Made by a program: the position numbers and the translations under genes. Shown one piece after another: positions 27,537 through 37,232 of a stretch of 64,000 nt of DNA (its first letter is position 1; every line of letters begins with the position of its first letter). A model generated the notes under the pieces. That model saw nothing but the letters and a program-made list of their open reading frames with translations, had not been told where the DNA came from and made no database searches. Source of the DNA: an uncultured Oscillospiraceae bacterium (GTDB lineage: Bacteria; Bacillota; Clostridia; Oscillospirales; Oscillospiraceae); NCBI GenBank assembly GCA_947626085.1, contig CANQQU010000005.1, forward strand, positions 3,342-67,341, given 5' to 3'.

Positions 27537-30500
27537 ATGAGCAAGAACCCTAAGAAAAAAGGCACGCTGTGGGCGGTCCTCACCGCAGCGCTGGCGGTTT
27601 TTCTGGCAGTTCTCATCGCGGCAATCCCGGTGACGGCCTATTATGAGACCATGATCAACGCCGCCCTGAATGCACGGACCCAGAAAATCATCCCCGGGGA
27701 GGATTCCAGCATCTTCTATTGGACGGAGTATGAGACAGAGGAAGCCCTGACGGAAAATGATTTTGATATTTGCCGTCAGGTGATGGCGGAGGGGGCGGTG
27801 CTCCTGCTCAATCGGGATCAGACCCTGCCTCTGCCTGCGGAAACAAAATTCTCCCTCTTTTCCCAGTCCGCGGCGGACCCGGTGCTCACCGGCACTGGCT
27901 CGGCTTTCATGGCCACCGGCGACGCCGTGAGCTTTTACGGAGCCCTGGAGGACAGCTTCGCTCCCGGCTGCGTCAACCAGGAGGTGTGGAAATTCTACAA
28001 GACCTCCGGCTATAAGCGGGTCAACGCGGATCTGGCTGGCGGCGGCCCGGAGCAGTACCGGATCAACGAGGTGCCCTGGGAGAAATACCCCGAGGCGGTT
28101 AAGGCCACTTTCTCCGATTTTGGGGATGTGGCGCTGGTGGTGCTGTCCCGCTCCTCAGGAGAGGGGGCGGACCTTCCCAGCGGTCTGCCCGAGCTGGAGG
28201 AGTATATGACGGACGGCGACTACCTCCGGCTCTGCCCGGAGGAGGAGGAACTGCTGGAAAACCTGCGGCAGCTCAAGGAGGACGGTGTATTCCGCCGGAT
28301 CGTGGTGCTGCTGAACTCCTCCAGCACCCTGCAGCTGGATTTTCTGGACAAATATGAGATCGATGCCCTGCTGTGGGTGGGCAATTTGGGGCTGAACGGC
28401 ATTCCAGCGGTGGCGGACATCCTGGCGGGGAAGGTCAATCCCTCCGGCCGGATCGTGGATACCTTCCAGAAGGACAACCACGCCGCCCCCGCCATGCAGA
28501 ACTATGATGCCTTTCCCTACACCAACGCAGAGGAGCTGGGCCTGGAGTTCGCCCAGAACAACAACGCCCCCGGGATCGAAAAGTGCAACCGGAATTATGT
28601 GGTCTACCAGGAAGGCATTTATGTGGGCTACCGCTATTTTGAGACCCGGTATGAAGACTACGTTTTGAACCAGGGCAATCCGGGGGACTACCGCTATGAC
28701 GAGCTGGTGGCCTTCCCCTTTGGCTGCGGCTTGAGCTATACCACCTTTGAATATTCCAATTTTGCCATCTCCGACCTGGGCGACGCCATCCGGGCGGAGG
28801 TGGACGTGACCAACACCGGCAGCGTAGACGGAAGCCACACAGTGCAGATTTATTTCCAGTCCCCCTACACCCAGTATGACCGGGAAAACGGGGTGGAGAA
28901 GTCCGCCGTGGAGCTGTGTGGCTTCGACAAGAAGCTGATACCCGCCGGGGCCACAGAGCATTTTTCCATCGAGATTGCCAAGGACGATCTGACCAGCTAT
29001 GATGCCAACAACGCCAGGACCTACATCCTGGACGCGGGAGACTACTATTTTACCGTGGGGACCGACGCCCACGACGCCGTCAACAACATCCTCACCGCCA
29101 AAGGTGCGGACCCCTCCCGCATGAGCGGCACGGGGAACGCCTCCCTCGCCGCCAAGTGGACCCTGGATGCCCTGGACAACACAACCTATGCCGTTTCCGC
29201 CTACACCGGCGTGGCGGTCACTAACCGCTTCGACGATGCGGACCTGAACAAGTACGAGGGGGCGGAGGGCCAGACCGTCACCTATTTGACCCGTTCCGAC
29301 TGGACTGGCACCTTCCCCAGTCCCCAGATCCTGTATGTGACGGATCAGATGTGGGCGGACGGCCTGACCCACAACGAGGACGAGCGGGCCGCCATCGCGG
29401 AAAAGATGAAGGCGCTCTACTGGTCCGACGCCGCCCTGGCTCCCAGCGGCGTGGCCGGGGACGGGAAGGCCATCGATTTTGTGGAGACGTCCTATGATAA
29501 CCCCGCCTGGGACGGCCTCATCAGCCAGATCCCCTATGGTGATATGCTGGACACCATCTACAACGGTGCTTACAACACCCACGCCCAGCCCGCCATCAAC
29601 CTGCCGGGGACCTCGGAATCCGACGGCCCCACCGGCTACACCAAGAGTCTGATGGGCGGTGCCAGCGGCATGGCTTTCCCCTCCGAGGACGTTTTGGCCG
29701 CCTCCTTTGACCGGGAGCTTGCCAAGCTGGTGGGCAAGTGCATGGGGGAGGATATGCTCCACAGCAACCAAAACAGCGGGGAAACCACCATGGCGGGCAT
29801 CTACGCCCCCGGCGCCAACATCCACCGGAGCCAGTATCTGGGCCGCCATAACGAGTATTATTCCGAGGACGGCTGGCTCTCCGGCGAGATCTGCGCCGCC
29901 CAGGTCCAGGGGATCCGGGACCGGGGGATGCTTGCCTTTGTGAAGCACTATGCCCTCAACGATCAGGAGGAGGGCCGATACGGCATCAGCGTCTGGGCCA
30001 ACGAGCAGGCCATCCGGGAACTCTACCTGGAGTCCTTTGAAGGTGCGATTCGGGGCGGTGCCATGAACGTGATGACCAGCTTCAACCGAATCGGCGTGGT
30101 CTGGTCCGGCAGTCACTATGGCCTGATGACCGGCATCCTCCGGGATGAGTGGGGGATGCAGGGAGCCGCCGTCACGGATATGTCCATGAATGCCAAGTGG
30201 ATGGATTACCGCCTTGGCATCCTGGCAGGCCAGGACCTCTGGTGCGGCCAGAAGGGGACTATGGGCACCCTGGACGGCAGTGAGAACGATCCCGCCATCA
30301 CCAGCGCGGTCCACCGGGCTATGAAAAACATCGTCTATTCCGTCACCCGCACCAACGCAATGAACGTAGGCGATGCCACCGTCATTGCAGTGACGCCGGA
30401 GTGGAAAATCGTCCTGTATGCCGCCACGGCGGTCACCGCCGTACTGACCGCCTTGTGCGCCGGCTTGTGGATTCTCCGCCGGTGGGCCGGAAAACAGTAG
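27537..30500 (+). CDS. Glycoside hydrolase family 3, permuted, doubly membrane-anchored (paralog 2)
   Basis: The start is MSKNPKKKGTLWAVLTAALAVFL (signal anchor). It carries KHYALNDQEEGR and the nucleophile motif GMQGAAVTDMS. The C-terminal TM helix is followed by RRWAGKQ. Confidence 0.85.
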   Translation: MSKNPKKKGTLWAVLTAALAVFLAVLIAAIPVTAYYETMINAALNARTQKIIPGEDSSIFYWTEYETEEALTENDFDICRQVMAEGAVLLLNRDQTLPLPAETKFSLFSQSAADPVLTGTGSAFMATGDAVSFYGALEDSFAPGCVNQEVWKFYKTSGYKRVNADLAGGGPEQYRINEVPWEKYPEAVKATFSDFGDVALVVLSRSSGEGADLPSGLPELEEYMTDGDYLRLCPEEEELLENLRQLKEDGVFRRIVVLLNSSSTLQLDFLDKYEIDALLWVGNLGLNGIPAVADILAGKVNPSGRIVDTFQKDNHAAPAMQNYDAFPYTNAEELGLEFAQNNNAPGIEKCNRNYVVYQEGIYVGYRYFETRYEDYVLNQGNPGDYRYDELVAFPFGCGLSYTTFEYSNFAISDLGDAIRAEVDVTNTGSVDGSHTVQIYFQSPYTQYDRENGVEKSAVELCGFDKKLIPAGATEHFSIEIAKDDLTSYDANNARTYILDAGDYYFTVGTDAHDAVNNILTAKGADPSRMSGTGNASLAAKWTLDALDNTTYAVSAYTGVAVTNRFDDADLNKYEGAEGQTVTYLTRSDWTGTFPSPQILYVTDQMWADGLTHNEDERAAIAEKMKALYWSDAALAPSGVAGDGKAIDFVETSYDNPAWDGLISQIPYGDMLDTIYNGAYNTHAQPAINLPGTSESDGPTGYTKSLMGGASGMAFPSEDVLAASFDRELAKLVGKCMGEDMLHSNQNSGETTMAGIYAPGANIHRSQYLGRHNEYYSEDGWLSGEICAAQVQGIRDRGMLAFVKHYALNDQEEGRYGISVWANEQAIRELYLESFEGAIRGGAMNVMTSFNRIGVVWSGSHYGLMTGILRDEWGMQGAAVTDMSMNAKWMDYRLGILAGQDLWCGQKGTMGTLDGSENDPAITSAVHRAMKNIVYSVTRTNAMNVGDATVIAVTPEWKIVLYAATAVTAVLTALCAGLWILRRWAGKQ

Positions 30501-30551
30501 ATTTCAGCGCCGGGCTTTGGCCCGGCGCCTTTCCGCAGCCCAACATGAAAT

Positions 30552-30615
30552 CTGTGCCGCCGGATGGCAAGGTTGTGCGGTTTTGGTTGCATCACGCGGG
30601 GAAAAATTGTACATT
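30552..30615 (+). promoter_or_regulatory. Box D: CTGTGCCG (30552-30559) and TTGTGCGG (30573-30580), then TACATT at 30610-30615
   Basis: It is a near-identical copy of box C and lies upstream of the third GH3. Confidence 0.6.
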
Positions 30616-30651
30616 GTGTATGCTAAGACTACCAAAGGGAGGAAAACCGAT

Positions 30652-33621
30652 ATGAGCAAAAACCCCAAGAAAAAAGGCACGCTTTGGGCGGTCCTCACCG
30701 CCGTCACCGCCGTGCTGCTGATCATTTCCATTGTGGCGATCCCCATCACCAACTTTTTCTCCACCGCCATCAACGTGGCCCTGGGGGCCGTGACCCAGAA
30801 GGTGGTCCCCGACCCCGACGCAAAGATCTACTTCTGGTCCAACTACGACAGCGAGGAGGATCTGGTGGCTTTCGAGAAGCAGCTCTGCCGGGACATCGAG
30901 GGCGAGGGCGCGGCCCTGCTCGTGAACCGGGACAACACCCTGCCCCTTCCAGAAGGGACCAAGTTCACCCCCTTCTCCCAGTCCTCCTTTAACCTCCTCT
31001 ACGGCGGCACCGGCTCCGGCCAGGTCTCCGCCGATGACGCGGTCTCCCTGAAATCCGCCCTGGAGGAGTCCTTCGGCGAGAATACGGTGAACCTGGACCA
31101 GTGGAAATTCTACGCCACCTGCGGCTATGCCCGGGTCAATGCGGACACCACCGGCGGCAACCAGGCCCAGTACCGGATCAACGAGGTGCCCTGGGAGAAG
31201 TACACCGACGCCCTGCAGAGTACCTGGAGCGACTACGGCGACGTGGCCCTGGTGGTCCTGGCCCGGTCCGGCGGCGAGGGCGCGGATTTGCCCAGCGGCC
31301 TGCCGGAGCTGGAAGAGTACATGACGGATGGCGACTATCTCCGCCTGAACCGGGACGAACTGGATATGTTCGAGCATCTGGAGCAGCTGAAGAACGAGGG
31401 CGTCTTTAAGAAGATCGTGGTGCTGCTCAACTCCTCCAACACCCTGCAGCTGGACTTCGTGGACGACTATGGCATCGACGCGGTGCTGTGGATCGGCGAT
31501 GTGGGCATGACCGGTATCAACGCTGTCGCGGATATTTTGGCGGGCAAGATCAATCCCTCCGGCCGGATCGTAGACACCTTCCTGAAGGACAACCACTCCA
31601 GCCCCGCTATGCAGAATTTCGGCGCGTTCCCCTATACTAACGGAGCGGACTACAATGTGGCCACTGCCCAGAACAACACCGACCCTGGCATCAACAAGTG
31701 CAACCGGGACTATGTGGTCTACGCCGAGGGCATCTATGTGGGCTATCGGTACTATGAGACTCGTTATGAGGACTTTGTGCTGAATCAGGGCAACGCCGGG
31801 GACTATGACTATGACTCCGATGTAGCCTTCCCCTTCGGCTTTGGTCTGAGCTACACTGATTTCGCCTACTCTAATTTTAAAGTGGAGGATCAGGGCCAGA
31901 CCTTCCAGGTGGAGGTGGATGTGACCAACACCGGCGCGGTGGACGGCAAGCACACGGTGCAGATCTACTTCCAATCCCCCTACACCCAGTACGATATTGA
32001 CAACCAAGTGGAGAAAGCCGCCGTGGAGCTGTGCGGCTTCGACAAGAAGATGATCCCCGCCGGGGAAACCGAGCATTTCACCATCACGGTCAACAAGGAA
32101 GACCTGACTTCCTACGACCATATGAATGCCAAGACCTACATCTTGGACGCCGGGGACTACTACTTCACCGTGGGCAAGAATGCGCATGACGCGGTAAACA
32201 ACATCCTGATGGCCAAGGGCGCGGACGCGAGCCGCATGAGCGGTACCGGAGACGCCTCTCTGACCTACAAGTGGACTCTGGACGCTCTGGACAGCACCAC
32301 CTATGCGGTTTCCAGCAAGACCGGCAAGCCCATTACGAACCTCTTTGAAAACGCGGACCTGAACAAGTATGAGGGCGCCCAGGGCCAGACGGTCACTTAT
32401 CTGACCCGTTCCGACTGGACCGGCACCTTCCCCCAGACAGTGACCCTTTCCATCACCGACCAGATGTGGGCCGACGGCCTGACCCATGAGGAGGCAGGCA
32501 GGGTCGCCATCGTGGAGAAAATGAAGAGCCAGTATTATCCCGACGCTACCATGCCCGCCATGGGTGTGTCCGGCAGTCTCACCGCCGGCCAGTTTGCCGA
32601 GAAAGCAGCCGATGATCCGGATTGGGACCAGCTCATTGCCCAGATCCCTTATTCCGAGATGACCAACGTTATTTACAACGGCTTCCATCTGACCCAGCCG
32701 GTGCCCTCCATCGGTCTGCCCGGCACCAACGATGAAAACGGACCCCAGGGCTTCACCAAGAGCCTGGTGGGCGGTTCCTCCGCCATGGCCTACACCTCCG
32801 AGGATGTGATGGCCGCCACCTACAACCGGGAGCTCATTGAGAACATGGGCAAGTGCATCGGCGAGGACTTCCTCCACGCCACCGACGGCTCCGGCACCGT
32901 GTTCTCCGGCATCTATGGCCCCGGCGCCAACATCCACCGCACGCCTTACTCCGGCCGGAACTTTGAGTACTACTCCGAGGACGGCTGGCTGGCCGGGCAG
33001 GTCGCCTCCGTGGAGGTGGCCGCCATTCAGGACCGGGGCGTGTATGTGTTCACCAAGCACTTTGCCCTGAACGATCAGGAGGAAGGCCGCTACGGCATCT
33101 CCACCTGGTCTAACGAGCAGGCCATCCGGGAATTGTACCTGGAGGGTTTTGAAGGCAGCGTGAAGAACGGCGGCGGCATGGGCGTCATGAGCTCCTTCAA
33201 CCGGATCGGCGTCACCTGGTCCGGCGCGCACCACGGCCTGATGACCGGCATCCTCCGGGATGAATGGGGCATGACCGGCGCGGCCATCACCGACTGCTCC
33301 GTCATGGCCAATTACATGGACTACCGTATGGGCGTCCTGGCCGGCCAGGATCTTTGGGACGGCTATAGCAGCGGCATGGCCACTCTGGACGGCCTGGACA
33401 GTGATCCCGCCATCGTCACCGCGGTGCAGAACGCGGTGAAGCACATCACCTATTCCATCAGCCACAGCCACGCCATGAATGTGGGCAACGCCACCGTGGT
33501 GCTGGTAACGCCGGCATGGCAAATGGCCCTGTATATCCTGACGGGTGTGCTGGCAGTCCTCACCGCCGGATGCGCCGCGATGCTGGTGATCACCCGCCGG
33601 AAGGCCAAAAAGAACCAATAA
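30652..33621 (+). CDS. Glycoside hydrolase family 3, permuted, doubly membrane-anchored (paralog 3)
   Basis: It has the same architecture as paralog 2: MSKNPKKKGTLWAVLTAVTAVLL, KHFALNDQEEGR and GMTGAAITDCS. The C-terminal TM helix is followed by TRRKAKKNQ. Confidence 0.85.
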   Translation: MSKNPKKKGTLWAVLTAVTAVLLIISIVAIPITNFFSTAINVALGAVTQKVVPDPDAKIYFWSNYDSEEDLVAFEKQLCRDIEGEGAALLVNRDNTLPLPEGTKFTPFSQSSFNLLYGGTGSGQVSADDAVSLKSALEESFGENTVNLDQWKFYATCGYARVNADTTGGNQAQYRINEVPWEKYTDALQSTWSDYGDVALVVLARSGGEGADLPSGLPELEEYMTDGDYLRLNRDELDMFEHLEQLKNEGVFKKIVVLLNSSNTLQLDFVDDYGIDAVLWIGDVGMTGINAVADILAGKINPSGRIVDTFLKDNHSSPAMQNFGAFPYTNGADYNVATAQNNTDPGINKCNRDYVVYAEGIYVGYRYYETRYEDFVLNQGNAGDYDYDSDVAFPFGFGLSYTDFAYSNFKVEDQGQTFQVEVDVTNTGAVDGKHTVQIYFQSPYTQYDIDNQVEKAAVELCGFDKKMIPAGETEHFTITVNKEDLTSYDHMNAKTYILDAGDYYFTVGKNAHDAVNNILMAKGADASRMSGTGDASLTYKWTLDALDSTTYAVSSKTGKPITNLFENADLNKYEGAQGQTVTYLTRSDWTGTFPQTVTLSITDQMWADGLTHEEAGRVAIVEKMKSQYYPDATMPAMGVSGSLTAGQFAEKAADDPDWDQLIAQIPYSEMTNVIYNGFHLTQPVPSIGLPGTNDENGPQGFTKSLVGGSSAMAYTSEDVMAATYNRELIENMGKCIGEDFLHATDGSGTVFSGIYGPGANIHRTPYSGRNFEYYSEDGWLAGQVASVEVAAIQDRGVYVFTKHFALNDQEEGRYGISTWSNEQAIRELYLEGFEGSVKNGGGMGVMSSFNRIGVTWSGAHHGLMTGILRDEWGMTGAAITDCSVMANYMDYRMGVLAGQDLWDGYSSGMATLDGLDSDPAIVTAVQNAVKHITYSISHSHAMNVGNATVVLVTPAWQMALYILTGVLAVLTAGCAAMLVITRRKAKKNQ

Positions 33622-33656
33622 ACAGCTTCCAATCCTCCTCGTTTCTTCCTTAAATA

Positions 33657-33687
33657 GGGACCCGTCCATCGACGATGGGCGGGTCCC
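33657..33687 (+). terminator. Stem-loop GGGACCCGTCCATCG / CGATGGGCGGGTCCC
   Basis: A long GC-rich hairpin lies after the third GH3. Confidence 0.5.
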
Positions 33688-33719
33688 GCCCTATATTTGA
33701 ACAAAGGAGACAAATTTCG

Positions 33720-34565
33720 ATGATCAAAGCGGTCCAACAGTTTATGCTGGGAACGGTGACAGGCCGGGAAAAGCAGGCCCGGCAGACCCTGGAAGCCATG
33801 GCGGCGGCAGGGTATAATGGGATCGAGCTGTGCGGGTTTATGGTCCGCCCGGCTAATCTGGCGGTGCGGCTGCTGACCTCCGCCGCGGGAATGCCCGTGG
33901 GCGGCGGAGGCAAGCTGGACTGGGCGAAGCTGACCCGTGAGGCGAGCCTTCAGGTGGTGAGCCTTCACCAGGACCTGGACACGCTGGAGAAGGACCCTGA
34001 CGCGGTCCTTCAGCAGGCGGAGCGCTACGGCACCCAAACAGTGGTCATCACGGGAATGTACGGCTTTGACTATGGCAGCAGGGAGCAGGTGGAGCGCCTG
34101 GCGGACCGCCTTAACCGGGCGGGGAAGACCCTGGCGGAGCGGGGAGGGGAACTGCTGTACCACAACCACAACTGCGAGCTGCAAAAGCCCATCCCCGGCG
34201 TCACGGCCTATGAACTGCTGATGGACCGGCTGGATGAAAATTATGTAAACTTCGAGTTTGATTCCTACTGGTTTGCCGAGGGCGGCGCGGACCCCCTGGC
34301 CTGGATGGTCAAGCTGGGCAGCCGGATGAAGCTCTGGCACATCAACGACCGGGGCACCCGGCACACTGGCCCAGCCGTGACCCCCATCCTCAAGACCGAC
34401 AGTATGGAGCTGGGGGATGGCAATCTGGACCTGGATGCCCTGACCCGCCAGGCCAAGGCCGTCGGCATCCGGGCGGTGATTCTGGAGAGCCACCGCAACT
34501 GGGTGGACGGCTCTCCCGTCAAGAGCTTCCAGCGCAGCGCGCAATATTTGAACCGGCATTTTTAG
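33720..34565 (+). CDS. Sugar phosphate isomerase/epimerase (xylose-isomerase-like TIM barrel)
   Basis: The RBS is AAAGGAGA. The text MIKAVQQFMLGTV...GYNGIELCGFM...LWHINDRG... is typical of the AP-endonuclease-2/TIM family. Confidence 0.7.
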   Translation: MIKAVQQFMLGTVTGREKQARQTLEAMAAAGYNGIELCGFMVRPANLAVRLLTSAAGMPVGGGGKLDWAKLTREASLQVVSLHQDLDTLEKDPDAVLQQAERYGTQTVVITGMYGFDYGSREQVERLADRLNRAGKTLAERGGELLYHNHNCELQKPIPGVTAYELLMDRLDENYVNFEFDSYWFAEGGADPLAWMVKLGSRMKLWHINDRGTRHTGPAVTPILKTDSMELGDGNLDLDALTRQAKAVGIRAVILESHRNWVDGSPVKSFQRSAQYLNRHF

Positions 34566-34577
34566 GAGGAAGAAGCC

Positions 34578-36974
34578 ATGCGTCCGATCTCATTCAACGA
34601 TGGCTGGACCGTCCGCCATGTGGAGGAGGACGGCCCCGGGACAGCCGTCCGGCTGCCCCACGACGCCATGCTCTCTGAGCCCCGAAGCGGACAGGCCGAA
34701 GGCGGGACGAATACCGGCTGGTTTGCCGGAGCGGATTATCTGTACACCAAGACCTTTTCCTTCGACCCGGCCTGGGCGGGGAAACGGCTGATCTTGGAGC
34801 TGGAGGGGGTCTACCGGAATGCCGAGATCTACCTCAACGGTCGGAAGGCCGCCTTCCGGCCCTATGGCTATACCAATTTCTATGTGCCGCTCAACTGCTT
34901 CCTCCGGCCGGGGGAGAACACCCTGGAGGTGGTGGCCCGGAATGCGGACCAGCCCAACAGCCGCTGGTATACCGGCGCGGGGATCTACCGCCCGGTGTGG
35001 CTGTGGGTCGGCCCGGAGGCTTATATTCCACCAAACGGCGTCCGCATCCGCACCCTCTCCCTGGACCCGGCCCGGGTGGAGGTGACAGTTCGCGCCTCCC
35101 AGCCCGGTCAAGTCCAGGTAGAGATTCTGGACGGCGGCAGTCTGATCGCGTCGGGAGCGGGGGAGGAGCGAATCGAGCTGACCATTCCGAATGCCCGGTC
35201 CTGGTCTCCTGAGGAACCCCAGCTCTACACCTGCCGGGTGACCTTCGGGGAAGACAGTTGGGAGGGAACCTTCGGTCTCCGCACTTTGGAATGGGGGGAG
35301 GACGGCCTGCTGCTCAATGGGCGGCGGATTCTTCTCCGGGGCGCCTGTGTCCACCACGACCTGGGTCTGCTGGGCGCGGCCTGTTGGCAGGATGGGGAGG
35401 ACCGACGAGTCCGGCTGCTAAAGGAGGCTGGCTACAATGCCCTCCGCTCTGCCCACAACCCCTGCTCCAAGGCCCTGCTCTCCGCCTGCGACCGGTTGGG
35501 AATGCTGGTGATGGACGAATACATCGACCACTGGTACATCCACAAGACCCAGTATGACTATGTTCCCTACTTCGATTCCTGGTATCGTCAGGACCTGACG
35601 GATCTGGTGGACAAGGACTATAACCATCCCTCGGTGATCCTCTACTCCACCGGAAACGAGGTTTCCGAGACGGCTCAGCCCCGGGGGGCGGCCCTGGCCG
35701 GGGAGCTGACGGAGCTGCTCCACCGGCTGGACCCCACCCGGCCGGTGACCTGCGGGGTAAATCTGTTCTTCAATTACCTGTCCAGCCTGGGCTTTGGGGT
35801 GTACAGCGACGAAAAAGCGCGAAAAGAGGCCGCCCGGGCGGAAAAACGGAAATCCGGCGCCCCAAAAAAGAAAAAAGCGGTGAGCAGCCAGTTTTTCAAC
35901 GACCTGGCGGGCCTGTTGGGGGCGAATTTTATGAAAATGGGAGCGGCCCTCCCTGGCAGTGACGCCAAAACCCGGGACGCCTTTGCCCTGATGGACGTCG
36001 CCGGGTATAACTACGGCATCCGCCGCTACCAAAAGGACCTGAAAAAATACCCCCGCCGCCTGATTTTGGGCACGGAAACCTTCTGCCAGGATGCCTGGGA
36101 ATTTTACGAATTGGCAAAAAATCAGCCCCGGCTGCTGGGGGACTTTGTCTGGACCGGAATGGACTACCTGGGGGAGGTGGGCATCGGCGCCTGGGAGTAC
36201 CGGGCCTACGCCCCGGACTTTTCCCATGGCCCCGGGTGGATCGCGGCAGGTAGCGGCCGCCTGGACCTGACGGGCCGGGCCTGGGCGGAAATGGCCTATA
36301 CCCGGGTGGCCATGGGTCTGGAGGACGGCCCCCGGATCGGGGTACGGCCGGTGTGCTTTTCCGGCCAGGCCCATTCTCCCTCCGCCTGGAGAATGACCGA
36401 CGCCATGGAGAGCTGGTCCTGGCGAGGGTGCGAGGGGAAAATGGCCCAGGTGGATGTCTACGCCCGGGCCCCGTCGGTAGCGCTGTTCCTGAACAGCCGC
36501 GTTGTGGGGAAAAAGGTCAAAGGAAAAAATGGCCGCTTCTCCTTCCACATCCCCTATGAAAATGGGACATTGGAGGCGGTGAGCTTTGATGAAAATGGCA
36601 TGGAAACCGGCAGAACTGCCCTGAAAACCGCCGGAGAGGAGCTGTTTCTCCGAGTCGAGCCGGAGGAAGCTTCCGTCCGGCCCGGACATCTGGTCTATTT
36701 CCGCCTGCGGTATACCGACGGCGCTGGCGTCCTCCAGCCCATGGCCCGGGGCAGTCTGCACCTCCAGGTCCAAGGCGGTGTCCTTCTGGCCGCCGGCAGC
36801 GCCAGTCCCTATTACCCGGACAGCTATCTGGAGCCTGCCGCCGAAACCTACTACGGCGAGGCCCTGGCCATTATTCAGGCCGGGGAAAGGGAGAAGGTCC
36901 TTCTCACCGCCACCGACGGGACCCGCACCGCCCAGGGAACCATACCGGTATGCGGTTGCGGTGCGGACAACTAA
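34578..36974 (+). CDS. Glycoside hydrolase family 2 (beta-galactosidase/beta-glucuronidase type)
   Basis: It has the sugar-binding N-domain, AHNPCSKALLSACDRLGMLVMDE, and the acid/base motif NHPSVILYSTGNE. Confidence 0.8.
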   Translation: MRPISFNDGWTVRHVEEDGPGTAVRLPHDAMLSEPRSGQAEGGTNTGWFAGADYLYTKTFSFDPAWAGKRLILELEGVYRNAEIYLNGRKAAFRPYGYTNFYVPLNCFLRPGENTLEVVARNADQPNSRWYTGAGIYRPVWLWVGPEAYIPPNGVRIRTLSLDPARVEVTVRASQPGQVQVEILDGGSLIASGAGEERIELTIPNARSWSPEEPQLYTCRVTFGEDSWEGTFGLRTLEWGEDGLLLNGRRILLRGACVHHDLGLLGAACWQDGEDRRVRLLKEAGYNALRSAHNPCSKALLSACDRLGMLVMDEYIDHWYIHKTQYDYVPYFDSWYRQDLTDLVDKDYNHPSVILYSTGNEVSETAQPRGAALAGELTELLHRLDPTRPVTCGVNLFFNYLSSLGFGVYSDEKARKEAARAEKRKSGAPKKKKAVSSQFFNDLAGLLGANFMKMGAALPGSDAKTRDAFALMDVAGYNYGIRRYQKDLKKYPRRLILGTETFCQDAWEFYELAKNQPRLLGDFVWTGMDYLGEVGIGAWEYRAYAPDFSHGPGWIAAGSGRLDLTGRAWAEMAYTRVAMGLEDGPRIGVRPVCFSGQAHSPSAWRMTDAMESWSWRGCEGKMAQVDVYARAPSVALFLNSRVVGKKVKGKNGRFSFHIPYENGTLEAVSFDENGMETGRTALKTAGEELFLRVEPEEASVRPGHLVYFRLRYTDGAGVLQPMARGSLHLQVQGGVLLAAGSASPYYPDSYLEPAAETYYGEALAIIQAGEREKVLLTATDGTRTAQGTIPVCGCGADN

Positions 36975-37198
36975 AATAATTGCGGCACTGCTTCTGCGGC
37001 GCCGCAATTACAAAACGGCCATGAGGACAGTCTTATTGCTTCGATGTGGACGCGAGCAAGCAGCTTCAACAGACTTTCTCTAAAAAAGACGAACTCCGAA
37101 AGTACAGTGCTATTTCTTGTTGGAATTTGACAAAATTGCCGGCGTTTCGACGGTTTTTCTACTGTTTCATACAGTATACTTTCTCCATCGATTAATTT

Positions 37199-37232
37199 TA
37201 ATGGGGAGAGTTATATAAATCTGTCATACTGT
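37199..37232 (+). repeat. 34-bp direct repeat, left copy: TAATGGGGAGAGTTATATAAATCTGTCATACTGT
   Basis: It matches 41513-41546 at 32 of 34 positions in the same orientation. It lies in the convergent, AT-rich intergenic region between GH2 and the LysR gene. Confidence 0.8.

Noticed and set aside
30592-33669. A 1025-aa minus-strand ORF, and similar giants at 28155-30314, 21708-23210, 16538-17797, 13087-14475, 35418-37007, 60457-62112 and 44830-45969.
   Set aside because: All are antisense to genes with clear enzyme motifs. Their translations are low-complexity and rich in Gly, Ala, Val, Pro, Arg and His. They lack RBS and start context. Stop-codon-poor antisense frames are expected at this GC content.
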